64,000 bases of DNA from the human T2T-CHM13v2.0 reference genome, Homo sapiens. Positions 31,387 through 43,168 of the stretch are shown piece after piece. Location: the NCBI RefSeq assembly GCF_009914755.1, contig NC_060930.1. One strand, 5' to 3'. Position 1 is the first letter of the stretch, and the number at the start of each line of letters is the position of its first letter. A model generated the notes under the pieces. That model was not told where the DNA came from, searched no databases, and worked only from the letters and a program-made list of their open reading frames with translations. A program made the position numbers and the translations under genes.

Positions 31387-31488
31387 TCTGTTGTTAGCCT
31401 GGATGGAGACAAACTTGTTCACATACAGAAATGGGATGGCAAAGAAACAAATTTTGTAAGAGAAATTAAGGATGGCAAAATGGTTATG
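31387..31488 (+). CDS. FABP7: FABP7 exon 3 ([34 protein letters not shown])
   Basis: Acceptor TCTCAG|, donor ATG|GTAAGT; 102 nt. Confidence 0.98.
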
Positions 31489-32033
31489 GTAAGTAATGAC
31501 AATTCTCCATTCTTCCTTGTTTTTTTCTCCTCTCCGCACACCTCTCACCTCCTTCCTTCTTCTTCCCTCCTCCTTCCATTCTTCCTCCTTCCTTCCTTCT
31601 TTAATAATACATCACTGGCAAGGTTCTTTAACTATATGTAAAACAGGGGAAACAAAAAGATCCCAGTTAATTTTCTTCTTCAGCTCAACTTCTTTGATTG
31701 TAGAAAAAGAGAAAAATTCATGTGTAGTTAAAAAAATAAAAGTTGCCATTGATTTGCCTAAAACTGTGTCAAAAGATTTTTTGTAGGATAACTATGGATG
31801 TCTCTCAAATAAAATTTAATATAAAGCCCATAATCACTGAAATATATAAAGATAATTGCTATTATAAGAGAATCTCAGACAGATGACTTTATAGCTCCTG
31901 TAATAAGAGATCTTTAAACAGTTTATATTTTAATTTATAAAGTTACACAAGTTCTGGGCAGATAATTTAGAATATAACAGAAAAGTATAACAAAAAAATT
32001 AAAATCCCCTCTGATTTCTCATCAGTGATAACC

Positions 32034-32347
32034 CTTTTTTTTTTTTTTTTTTGAGATAAAGTCTTGCTGTGTCACCCAGACTGGAGTGCAGGGGGTGCAT
32101 TCTTGGCTCACTGCAACCTCTGCTTCATGGGCTCAAGCGATTCTACAACCTCAGCCTCCTAAGTAGCTGGGACCACAGGTGCAAGCCACCAACGCCGGGC
32201 TAATTTTTTTGTATTTTTGTAGAGATGGGATTTCGCCATGTTGCCCAGGCTGGCCTACAGCTCTTGAGCTCAAAGTGATGCTCCCGCCTGCTGCCTCGGC
32301 CTCCCAGAGTGCTGGGATTACAGGCCTGAGCCAAGGCTCCCAGCCCC
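32034..32347 (-). mobile_element. AluJ SINE in FABP7 intron 3
   Basis: Poly-T plus diverged Alu dimer. Confidence 0.9.
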
Positions 32348-32504
32348 CAAAGAGAACCATTTTGATGTTACTTCTTTCCAGTTTTTTTCTCGAATGCATA
32401 ATATGCCTTTTAAACATATATATTCAATACTAGGTAGACATGAAAAATATTTTTTTCAATCAGCCTCTTCTTACTTACTAGGAATTATCTGTAAAAGAGG
32501 ATTT

Positions 32505-32760
32505 ATTAGTGTCCTAAGGCTGCCACAACAAAGTACCACAAACTTGGTGGCTTAAAACAACAGAAATGAATTTTCTCAGTTCTGAAAGCTGGACGCCTGA
32601 GATCAAGGCGACCCTAGTGTTGCCGTCCTTCTGTGGGCCCCCTCCCTTGCTTCTTCCTACTTCCCGGATGGCTCCTGGCAATCATTGAGGTTGTTGGGCT
32701 TACAGTTGTTATTACTCTGATCCATTTCTGACTCCATCTTTACAAGACTTTTTCCTCTGT
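32505..32760 (-). mobile_element. MaLR LTR fragment (MLT1C/D-like)
   Basis: GGCTGCCACAACAAAGTACCACAAACTTGGTGGCTTAAAACAACAGAAAT is the typical MLT1 terminus. Confidence 0.8.
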
Positions 32761-34010
32761 TTTTGTCCTAAATTGATCAAATATAAAATAATTAACAAAT
32801 AATTTATCTAATGATGGAGTAGTATCACAAACTAGGAGAAATATTATGCCTTCACCAAGCCTTCCTCAGACACTTTTTGTGTGACCTGCAATGGTATATT
32901 GATGATACTGACATAGGTGGGTAGGCTCATTCAATTTTGGAGGAGGGTGTGAGAATGCTTTACATAGTCCTTGTACGATGACAGCAGAGAAAGTTTTGTT
33001 GTTTAAGAATGGGGACTCATGTTTCCTTCTCCCCTTGACTACTGCAATCAGCACTGTTCTGCATTGAGATATTCATGTTTCTGTGGAGATGGAGGTGGGG
33101 AGCAGAGGGACAGTTTTCCTTTCATGTTAAAGGATATTTGCTCACATTTTTTTGGCAACAATCAATAAAAGAAAGGACTCATTTCTAAAAGATTCGCTCT
33201 GAAGTTCTCCTTTATGCTTTTACCTCCATTTTTTTCCAGAACACAGAAAAGTAGATAGCTCAACCGTGGCATGCATGACTATGATCAGGCAAGATTGAGT
33301 TCAAAAAGGAAGACTAAAGCAATAGACTACAAGGATATACTATACTCCTGAACGTCACATCAATACATGAAAACCATGAGCACCAAAACCCCCTAAGTTC
33401 TGTAAAGTGGTTTTATAATAACTCTTCAAGTTAGATTTGACATTAGAGTAATAGATCTGATGTTCCGCATCCTATCCACCTACCTACCTGCGTTCACATA
33501 GGCTAAACCATGACAACCAAAACAAGGAGAATATTTGTACCTTTACATGTTCCTCTTGATTTTGGAACAAGTCATTCCAAATACCATCAGCTCAAATGAC
33601 TGGATTTTCTAATGGCTATTCAAAATTTATCTAGGTTAAGAATTGAAAACTGTTATGTAAACCTATTATAAAACTCATTCACTTTTAAAGCAGATAGCTG
33701 AGAAAACAACGTAGACACTCCATTTCTCACACCTGATCTGCTCAATTACCCTGATAATTTAAGGCTAAAGAAATTCTTTTGACTTGAATCTAAAGTGCTA
33801 ATCCCAGTGTTTGCTTCATTCTCATTTCAGAGACATAAACTGTATATCAATGTAGGGTCTCTTTTCAAGATGTGAAATGCTTATGCAGCATTTAATGTTT
33901 GTAAATGTCATTCTTTTGCATAATACTTAGATCACATATATGATGATCTTTAAAATTCGGTGACTGAAGTTCCTGTATAAAAAGATTTGATTATCTTTTG
34001 AACCTTGCAG

Positions 34011-34061
34011 ACCCTTACTTTTGGTGATGTGGTTGCTGTTCGCCACTATGAGAAGGCATAA
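34011..34061 (+). CDS. FABP7: FABP7 exon 4 (TLTFGDVVAVRHYEKA*)
   Basis: Acceptor TTGCAG|; TAA at 34059-34061; total CDS 399 nt = 132 aa. Confidence 0.98.
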   Translation, partial: TLTFGDVVAVRHYEKA

Positions 34062-34345
34062 AAATGTTCCTGGTCGGGGCTTGGAAGAGCTCTTCAGTTT
34101 TTCTGTTTCCTCAAGTCTCAGTGCTATCCTATTACAACATGGCTGATCATTAATTAGAAGGTTATCCTTGGTGTGGAGGTGGAAAATGGTGATTTAAAAA
34201 CTTGTTACTCCAAGCAACTTGCCCAATTTTAATCTGAAAATTTATCATGTTTTATAATTTGAATTAAAGTTTTGTCCCCCCCCCCTTTTTTTTATAAACA
34301 AGTGAATACATTTTATAATTTCTTTTGGAATGTAAATCAAATTTG

Positions 34346-34351
34346 AATAAA
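34346..34351 (+). terminator. FABP7: FABP7 poly(A) signal AATAAA
   Basis: AATAAA followed by GT-rich TTTTGTTGTTGTTT downstream element; variant ATTAAA at 34263-34268. Confidence 0.85.
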
Positions 34352-34639
34352 AATCTTACACGTGAAATTTTGTTGTTGTTTCTAATATCATTAATCTGGC
34401 TAAGAATTCTATATTAGACAATTTTAAGTAAAATAGTCACTCTTATAGCATAAAGTAAGGCTGAAAAAATTAGCACTTTGTTTAAAATACTAATTTAAAA
34501 AATAAGCAAAAGCCTTAGAAAATACAGAAATGCCACAGTTTTGGTTGAGCCTTCCATGAAGAATCTGTGATGGTAAAATTCATTTGGCCAGGACCCAGAG
34601 AAGCCTTGTATAGTGGGTTGGGCTACGGAAGTGGTGTCG

Positions 34640-34968
<329 letters not shown>

Positions 34969-35672
34969 TCAAAATGTCTTATTAAAAGGTAAATATAATC
35001 AAAATATCATGTAATCAAAATTTCTTATTGAAAGGCAATAGAGAAAGGGAGTGAATTTTATCCTGGATTATAAAAAATGTTTCTCCAGACAACTAAACTG
35101 AGTTGGATAAAGTCAATGAGAGTGCAAATGGAGTGCTGTGCATAAAGACACTCAAAATTTCGGGGTGGTGGAGTGGGGCGGGGAGAAGAAAGGGAAGGTG
35201 ATTGAGTTGACCAAACCAAATTAAATACTTGTTTGTATCTGGCTGGGGTCTGAATTTGTGAAATACAAACAAACAAATATTTTACATATTTCATCATTTA
35301 CAAAATGCTTTTTATACATTTTCTCAACCATACAATGTTTAGCAAGAAGGCAGGTATTATTTATTTTTACTTTACCAATAAGGAAATTGAAGGTTAGATT
35401 TGCATGTCCAAGTTCTCATGTGTAGTAAATAATATTGAGAGCTGGAAATCTTGCAATATTTCTCTTTATTTCCTCTCCAAAATTAATATTTCAGCTAACT
35501 TTTCTTCTGAAACAAAAACACAAGATTTTATTCTCCCCGATCATTCCTTTTCTTTGTTAGCCTCTTGGGAGGCTAGGGAGGTAAATATATTTCAGCACTT
35601 ATATGTAATACTGTATTCATTTTTAATCAGCCCTGTGTTTTAGTAAGTTTTTATAAATTAATTCAAAGTTCA

Positions 35673-35980
<308 letters not shown>

Positions 35981-37421
35981 TGTTCAATTAACTTACAGCT
36001 ATAAGTATGAGAAAATTTTCTTTTTTTTTTTTTTCCTAAGAGATGGGGTCTTGCTTAGCTGCCCAATCTAGTCTCAAACTCCTGTGCTCAAGCAATCCTC
36101 CTACTTCAGCCTCCTGAATAGCTGGGACTACTGGCACATACCACTGCACTCAGTTTACCCGTCTTTAAAAGCATGAAACACAACATGAACAGGTTGTTGG
36201 CTCCAACTGTTCTGACAGCCACCATCTCTGCTTCTGGTGGAGGGCTGTTTAACAACTGGATTTCAGCCTACACTCTACCAGAAGCCCAGATTCTGGCCTC
36301 TCTCTTATTAAAGATACAAAGCCAAAGATAGAGATTTATCTTTAGCTCATTAAAATGAAGCCAAATAACACTGGCACCAGTTTCCATAACAACTGTCTCC
36401 CAGAGTGAAGAATGAAAAGGTTTTTGGGTGGCCTAAATGGGAAACAAAGATGCAATGGTCTGAAAGATCAAGGGTTGCAGTGGTAGAACAAATGATTTTA
36501 AGAGGGAAGATAATTAACATGTTTGCTTCCTAAGTTTTTCTGGGTAGTCGCAAATCATTTTTCTTCAAACCAAATTCTATTTCACACTGTCAATCTGTCA
36601 ATGCACTAACTTTTCTGGTTTGCCGTCTTTGTTTTGTTTCTTAACATAGTTAAGAAACATAATTAAAGGAAAGGAAAAATGACCAAGACCAAAGGCAATT
36701 TGACCAACAGGCCCTGGAAGAACATTTCTGAAATGATACGAAGGTCTCAATGATACAAACTAAGCTAAGGCTGTTTTGTGAAGCTTCTGCTCTTCTTTCA
36801 TGTGATTTCCCTCACCCAGATATACACACTCACGATGACATATTTGTACACCTGGCACATGGAGACCTACAAATATATGCCCATGGTTGAGATATGCCTG
36901 TAGAGATGTTGGGGCACTGTAGTTTTTTGCTTCTTAGTGAGTATTAAGAAAAAAAAAAAGAAAGTGGAGTGAGTAGAAAGAAGGATGGTGTTTCTACCCA
37001 CTAATTTTAATATACTGTACTTTTTAGGATTTCAAACATTTCTTAAGTTTCAAAATGTGTATGCCTTGTTTTATGCTTACTGAAAAACTATTTTGCAACC
37101 AGTTACTTCCAGTAAAGTATATTGAAATTGGAAAAAAAAAAAAAAGGAGTGAAAAGAGCTATTTTTATAATTTATCCTTTTCCTAGCTTTAAATGTTTGG
37201 ACTAAAAACTCCTAAGTTGTTTTGTTAATCCTTACAGTCGTTTTCTCTCACCAGCTCACCAGTTTTTTCTGGCTCCATTTTCTCCCATATTCTAGAGGTT
37301 GTGAACTGAGAAACTCCAGGGACCATCTTGTCCTCCACTGGAATGCACTTTGGTTCTTGCAAGCTTTTGAATCATCCAAAAGCTGAAGCAGGACTTCGGC
37401 TGCCCTGGCAGGACTTGAAAC

Positions 37422-38021
37422 TGTAACACAAAAGTACCTGAGACAGGTCTCAATCAATTTAGGAAGTTTATTTTGCCAAGGTTAAGGATGGGCCAGTGAC
37501 ACAGCCTCAGGAGGTCTTGACATGTGCCCAAGGTGGTCAGGATACAGCTTGCTTTTATACATTTTAGGGAGACATGATACAGCAATCAATACATGTAAGA
37601 TTTTTACATTGGTTCGATCTAGACGGGCAGGACAACTTGAAGCTGGGCGGGGGGTGGGTGTTTCCAGATCACAGGAAGATTTAAACATGTCCTGATTGGC
37701 AATTGGTTGATTGAAAAAGTTATTATCAATAGAAAGGATGTCTGGGTTATGATAAGGGGTTGTTAGACCCAGATTTTGTCACACAGACGAAGCCTCCACG
37801 TAGCAGGCTTTAGAGAAAACAGATCTTAAATGTTTCTTATCAGACTTAAGGTCTGTGTTGATGTTAATTACGCATGTCCAACCCCCCCATCCCCTTTTTC
37901 ATGGCCTGAACCAGTCTTTCAGGTTAAATTTTAGAGTGCCCTGACTGGGGAAAGAGTCCATACAGATGGTCGTCCATTCAGATGGTTGTGGGGGGCCTTC
38001 AAATTTTATTTTTGGTTTACA
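37422..38021 (-). mobile_element. ERV1 solo LTR, MER4A-like
   Basis: Minus strand begins TGTAAACCAAAAATAAAATTTGAAGGCCCCCC; 600 bp; TG...CA; perfect TSD AAAC (37418-37421, 38022-38025). Confidence 0.88.
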
Positions 38022-38310
38022 AAACAGAAAATGGAAGCACCTTGCTTCCCACTTCAAAGCCCGTTTCATGACACACACTCCCATTAAATTACATGGGATA
38101 CAAAACAAAGCTTTCTATGCTGGGAAAGAAATACACTCTACAACATCTTTTTTGAGGTTAGTAATTATGGAAAGCATTTTCTTCTGCAAAGGAATTCCAC
38201 GCCCTATAAATTTAAATTATTAGCTTGTCATCTCCAAGAGATCAGCATCCTCATAAACGGTGAGAGAAGGAACACAGAATACAGGATCCAGCACAGTTTC
38301 GGGATTCTGG

Positions 38311-38413
38311 CTTCTTTGCCAGACTTATCTTTGCTTACTTCTTTGTATAGACTTACTTCTTTGCCAGACTTATCTTTGCTTACTTCTTTGTATAGACTTA
38401 CTTCTTTGCCAGA
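38311..38413. repeat. 45-bp tandem repeat, 2.3 identical copies
   Basis: CTTCTTTGCCAGACTTATCTTTGCTTACTTCTTTGTATAGACTTA at 38311-38355 and 38356-38400, partial copy to 38413. Confidence 0.95.
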
Positions 38414-38581
38414 AGTATATTCAAAAAAGTTCCGTGGAAGCATCAAATCAACCACCTCTACTTATGATTTCCATGCATCTCTGGAATGCATAAAGCATGA
38501 TTTCAGAACATGTTCTAATTCTAAGACCCTTCTCTTCCCGGCAGTTTAAAAAAAACAAAAAACAAAACGTGGTATCTTTGA

Positions 38582-38770
38582 GCATTGGTTTTCAAACATC
38601 ACAATCACTTTAACATGACCTGAAATGCTTGTGAAAACACAAACTGCTGGGCTCCAGCAGGTTTCTGACTCAACAGGTCTAGGGTGGTGCCTGGGAATTT
38701 GCATTTCTAACTAGAGTTCCCAGGTGGTGCTAATGTTCCCAGTCCAGAGACTTCAATTCGAGATCCACTG
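38582..38770 (-). mobile_element. MER5A (hAT-Charlie MITE)
   Basis: TCTGACTCAACAGGTCTAGGGTGGTGCCTGGGAATTTGCATTTCTAAC...CCACTG. Confidence 0.8.
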
Positions 38771-39429
38771 CAGTATCCATAACTTTTGCTGATTTCCTTC
38801 AAATCATGATACTTCAGGGCTCTCTGCATCACCTCTACTGAGGAGCCCTACCCATTAAAGCTGGGGTAGGTTGGCCCAAGAATGGAACCGGGATCGTTGA
38901 GATTTCAGCACCCCAGCATTTTTTAGTGACTGAAATAATGAAAATTCTGATCAGGCTCCTGCTTGCTTGCACATTTTAACCACTCGCTTTTTGCCCAATA
39001 TTCTCCTTGTTTCCACAATACAATTATAAACTGCTGAGGTACTGCTTCCTCGTCAAGAACAAAGAGGTTAACTTCAGGGTCACAAAAATGTTTGCAGAAG
39101 GGATGAATACCTCCAAGGGCTTTGCAACCAGCTGCGGATGCCTGGACGTCTAATTGCTCAAAGGTGTTATCTGAGACTGAAGAAACAGACTTTTCCCCTG
39201 GATTCTTTGAAAATCCCCCTCTCTTATTCTCTAGCAGAATAAAAACTCCCTGCTTTTTCCTTTTTACACACGGATTTGAGAGATCTTGTTCTCCCTCCTT
39301 CTGGCTTTTACTAAATTGAATGTCTTTCTCTATCCCCAAGCACCAGTATGTCAGTGTTTGACATCAACTGCACCACTGATACACGAGTCGGAATTTGAGC
39401 TTCTACAAGTACATTCCTTCCTAGGCCAA

Positions 39430-40420
39430 ACACTGACGCTAAGAAATACGAGAACAGATCATCGCTAAACAGCAGCTGAAGGTCAGGCGAACTGACTCGC
39501 TGCGGAATCTGCCTTTGCACGTGATCAGTCGGACGTCTACACCCGCAGCCGTCTTCTGTCTCCGCCTCACCCTCAGGCCTGACGGTCCGAGTGGAGCTGC
39601 GGGACAGCCCGAACCTCCAGGTCAGCCCCGCGGCCCTCCATGGCGCTGGTGCGCGCACTCGTCTGCTGCCTGCTGACTGCCTGGCACTGCCGCTCCGGCC
39701 TCGGGCTGCCCGTGGCGCCCGCAGGCGGCAGGAATCCTCCTCCGGCGATAGGTGAGTTGTCCGCGACCGTTCTCTTCCCAGCCGGCAAAGAGCGCGGAGC
39801 GGCGGCGCCTGCGCACAGCAGGAGAAAGTGCGTGGGGGCAGCTGCCCCCGGCAGAGGCTCGGGCTAGCGGGGCCCCTGACGCGTCCGGCGTTGACCACGG
39901 CTGGTGGGCGCGGGGAGGGCGACCAAGGGACTACAGCGTTAGGGCGTCCAGCCGGGAGGCCGGGGCTGGGCGGGGGAAATGCCCTCGCCGGTGGGGGCGC
40001 TCCAAGGGCGCGTCGGCCGGATTTCGCCAGCCTGGCTTTTGTTTACATCCTGCATCTCAGTTGTTTTGCTCCTTGGGGAAGGAAGGAAAAGCTGCGGGAC
40101 TCAAGGGAAGAGGAAGCTGGTAGTCCGATGTCCAGCACAGCAAGAGGCCCCTAATCGGTCCTGAATGGAGGGGGACTGCAGTTTCCCCACCAGCTCAGGG
40201 AAGTAAATTTCAGCGTGACTCACACTATCTTCTGTCTTGCTCGACCGAGATCAGTGGCTTTTTCTGCCACTCACCCAGCCAGAGCGCGAAAGCACCCTCG
40301 GGTAGACTCACCCCTTAGTCTACCGTGGAACTCACGGGGACTTCATTTCACCTGGATGTCCACTAGGTTTCCTGCGGGCGGGACCCATTTTATTCACTCC
40401 CAGCACTTAACACAGTGCCC
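39430..40420. promoter_or_regulatory. SMPDL3A: CpG island / SMPDL3A promoter and exon 1
   Basis: Dense CpG and high GC around ATG 39640; E-box CACGTG 39518-39523; TGACG half-CREs at 39434 and 39580; GC boxes in intron 1. Confidence 0.9.
39640..39751 (+). CDS. SMPDL3A: SMPDL3A coding exon 1 (signal peptide MALVRALVCCLLTAWHCRSGLG...)
   Basis: CCATGG start; hydrophobic leader; donor G|GTGAGT; 112 nt. Confidence 0.96.
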
Positions 40421-40427
40421 GTTACAG

Positions 40428-40611
40428 TAGTGATTCTCTTAAGTGTGCCCTGGACCGGTGGCAGCAGCCGCCGCACTTAAAATTGTTAGCATTGCAAATT
40501 TCCAGCCCATCCCAGACCTACTGAATCTGAAACGCCGGCGTTGGGCTTCCACAGTATGCTGTTTAACCCACCCTCCGCATGATTCCTTTCGGCTAAGTTT
40601 GAGACTCACTG
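40428..40611 (+). mobile_element. MER5A (hAT-Charlie MITE)
   Basis: TTGTTAGCATTGCAAATTTCCAGCCCATCCCAGACCTACTGAATCTGAAAC...AAGTTTGAGACTCACTG. Confidence 0.8.
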
Positions 40612-41222
40612 GTCCAGAATAGATACATTTTGGTGGGAGATTGTACAATGCCATCCGAGCCTCCAGTTCCAAAAATCAAGGTGCCCCCACCTCCTCAACT
40701 CCCTTTAAAAATAATTGCACTGTTAAGAGGAAAAACAAAATTAGAGAAGTGGGGTTCTGTTTTCTTTTAGGGGAGAGTTGTCCCTGAGACTCGGTAGCAG
40801 CACCTAGTGCTGAAACCTCTTTCGCTCCCTCTGTGCTTTCTCAGGACTTGGGAGCGCTCTAGGGCAAATATCTTCTCTTTGAAGGCCAAGTCCTCACGAC
40901 TCAGCTGTCAGGTCTGAAGCAAAAACTGTAAATCTGGTTTCCGAACTGTGGCAAATGTCAGTCATTACAAGAAATTTCCCCAAAATGTTTATGTATACTG
41001 GTTTCTGCTTTTATTACGGCTTAGCTTGTGTTCCTTTAATTATGTGACCGGTTAGGGTTTTGAAATAAAATGTCTCACGTTGCTTGAGGCCACACAATGG
41101 CAAATTCACCTGTGTTTTAAAGAGGCCTGAATGAGCGCTTTCTGGGGACTCTGTGAGTCTTCACACCTCCTGTTTGGGAAACTGCAAGGTTGAATCCCCT
41201 CCTACTAAAGGGGAAGGAAGAG

Positions 41223-41316
41223 GGGTTACTGGAGTTCAGTGGTCTGAAGTGTTACTGGAGTCACTGGAGTTCGAAAGTCTGAAGTGTTACTGGAGTTCAA
41301 AGGTCTGAAGTGTTCA
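41223..41316 (+). promoter_or_regulatory. Tandem array of DR4 (LXRE-like) nuclear-receptor elements in SMPDL3A intron 1
   Basis: GGGTTA-ctgg-AGTTCA (41223-41238), GAGTCA-ctgg-AGTTCG (41258-41273), GTGTTA-ctgg-AGTTCA (41284-41299), AGGTCT-gaag-TGTTCA (41301-41316), all within about 26-bp repeat units. Confidence 0.8.
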
Positions 41317-41607
41317 CTCAGCAGTTTCACAATTCTCCTTGTTTGTAATATTTTGCGTATTTTCCACTTGATGTGACAACTCTCCTGCCTCCTCTCAGCC
41401 CCACATGCTTGGACTTCCTTTCAGCATCCACCCTGCCTGGCTACTGCTTTCTTGTTTTGTGTTTTTGCGTTTAAATTCCCAGTCTTAGTTTTCTGCCCTG
41501 TCAAGTCCTGGTGGTCGGACGACAGAAGTTCTAGGAAGCTTCACCTGTGTGTTTTTGGCTACAGTTCTTTAGATTGAGTAGGCTGGGACTGGCTTGTGTA
41601 TTGGTAC

Positions 41608-41835
41608 TGTTAAAGCAAACTAAATACGGCCTGAGAAGGACTCCTTACTTCTATATTTGAATCCTTGTGAATGAACTGTAACCTAGCTTAATAGTCAGAT
41701 GAGACTGAAAACCTAACTTAAGAGTATGCACTGGTAACAATAGCTAAGTTTGGCCAATCCCAGCAGCCATACTTCAACCATTCATATACTGCTGAGTGTT
41801 CAAACTATGTTCAAATAAGGCATAAGGCGAGCTGA
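41608..41835 (+). mobile_element. MER57A-like LTR, 5' part
   Basis: Begins TGTTAAAGCAAACTAAATACGGCCTGAGAAGGACTCC. Confidence 0.8.
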
Positions 41836-41938
41836 ATTATGTCTGAACTATGGTTCATTGGATTCTTGAGAAGTTATAAAATATTTTGGATTAAAAGATT
41901 TTCTGGTATAATTTTGAGAGTTTTTCTAGATTTGCTGA

Positions 41939-42284
<346 letters not shown>

Positions 42285-42932
42285 TTGGAAATCTTTTTAA
42301 AGATAGTCTGCAGAACAGGAAAACGTGCTGTAGTAAACAGAACTTTGGACTTTGAACTAGGAAACATGGATTGGAGTGTGGGCTCTGCCACAGGCCAGGC
42401 CTTGGAAACACACATAGGCAAACAGTTTCGTTAGGAGAGGGACATGAGGCTTCCAGATGTTCATTATTCATGAGTCCCAGGTTAAGAACCTGTCAGAGCT
42501 CTGTTCTTGGCTTCTGTTTAAAGACATCTTTCAGTGAATTTAAATGATTATCCCCTAATTTATCTGTCTGGAATGCCATGCAGTAGAAAGATCACTAGAC
42601 TAGAAGTCTGGAGAGACTGGTTCCAGTTAAGCTTTCATTACTGAGTCATCTGTGATCTTGAGGATATCATGAAATTTGCCTTTGCCTAAATGTCATCATA
42701 TATAAATTAAAGAATGTTTGTTGAAGGGCTACTATAAGTCATGCATATTCTAGATGCTGGCGATATAAATCTAGGTACTAAATTATATCAGAGGGGTGTA
42801 CTCTTAATGCATTTCAGGTTTGGGTTTACTGAAACAGATGCTGAATATGTTTATAGTCTCTTTTCCCCTAATCTTCACAGTATCTCGAGTGTAGATATTG
42901 TCGTTATCTGTTTTCTTTCTTCTTCTTCCCCC

Positions 42933-43168
42933 TTTTTTTTTTTTTTTAGAGACAGGGTCTCTGTCACCCAGGGTGGAGTGCCTTGGCCCAATCTTGGCTC
43001 ACTGCAGCCTCAAGCTCCCTGGCTCAAGAGATCCTTCCTAAGTTTTGTATTTTTTGTAGGCATGGGGTTTCACCATGTTGCCCAGGCTGGTCTCAAAATC
43101 CTGAGCTCAAGCGATCTTCCTGCCTCAGCCTCCCAAAGTGCTGAGATTACAGGCATGAGTACCCGTTT
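42933..43168 (-). mobile_element. AluJ, internally deleted
   Basis: Poly-T plus partial Alu arms. Confidence 0.85.

Noticed and set aside
38311-38413. Short repeat arrays (also 41225-41311 and 11689-11769) as CRISPR-like
   Set aside because: Mammalian DNA, only 2-3 units, no series of unique spacers and no cas genes; consistent with slippage duplications
38923-39339. 138-aa minus-strand ORF divergent from the SMPDL3A promoter
   Set aside because: Non-ATG start and no recognisable homology; at most part of promoter-upstream antisense transcription, which cannot be shown from sequence
39311-40164. Several long overlapping ORFs on both strands, including 195 aa on the minus strand
   Set aside because: Stop-poor, GC-rich CpG island; Arg/Ala/Gly-rich translations without domains; only 39640-39751 fits a spliced gene
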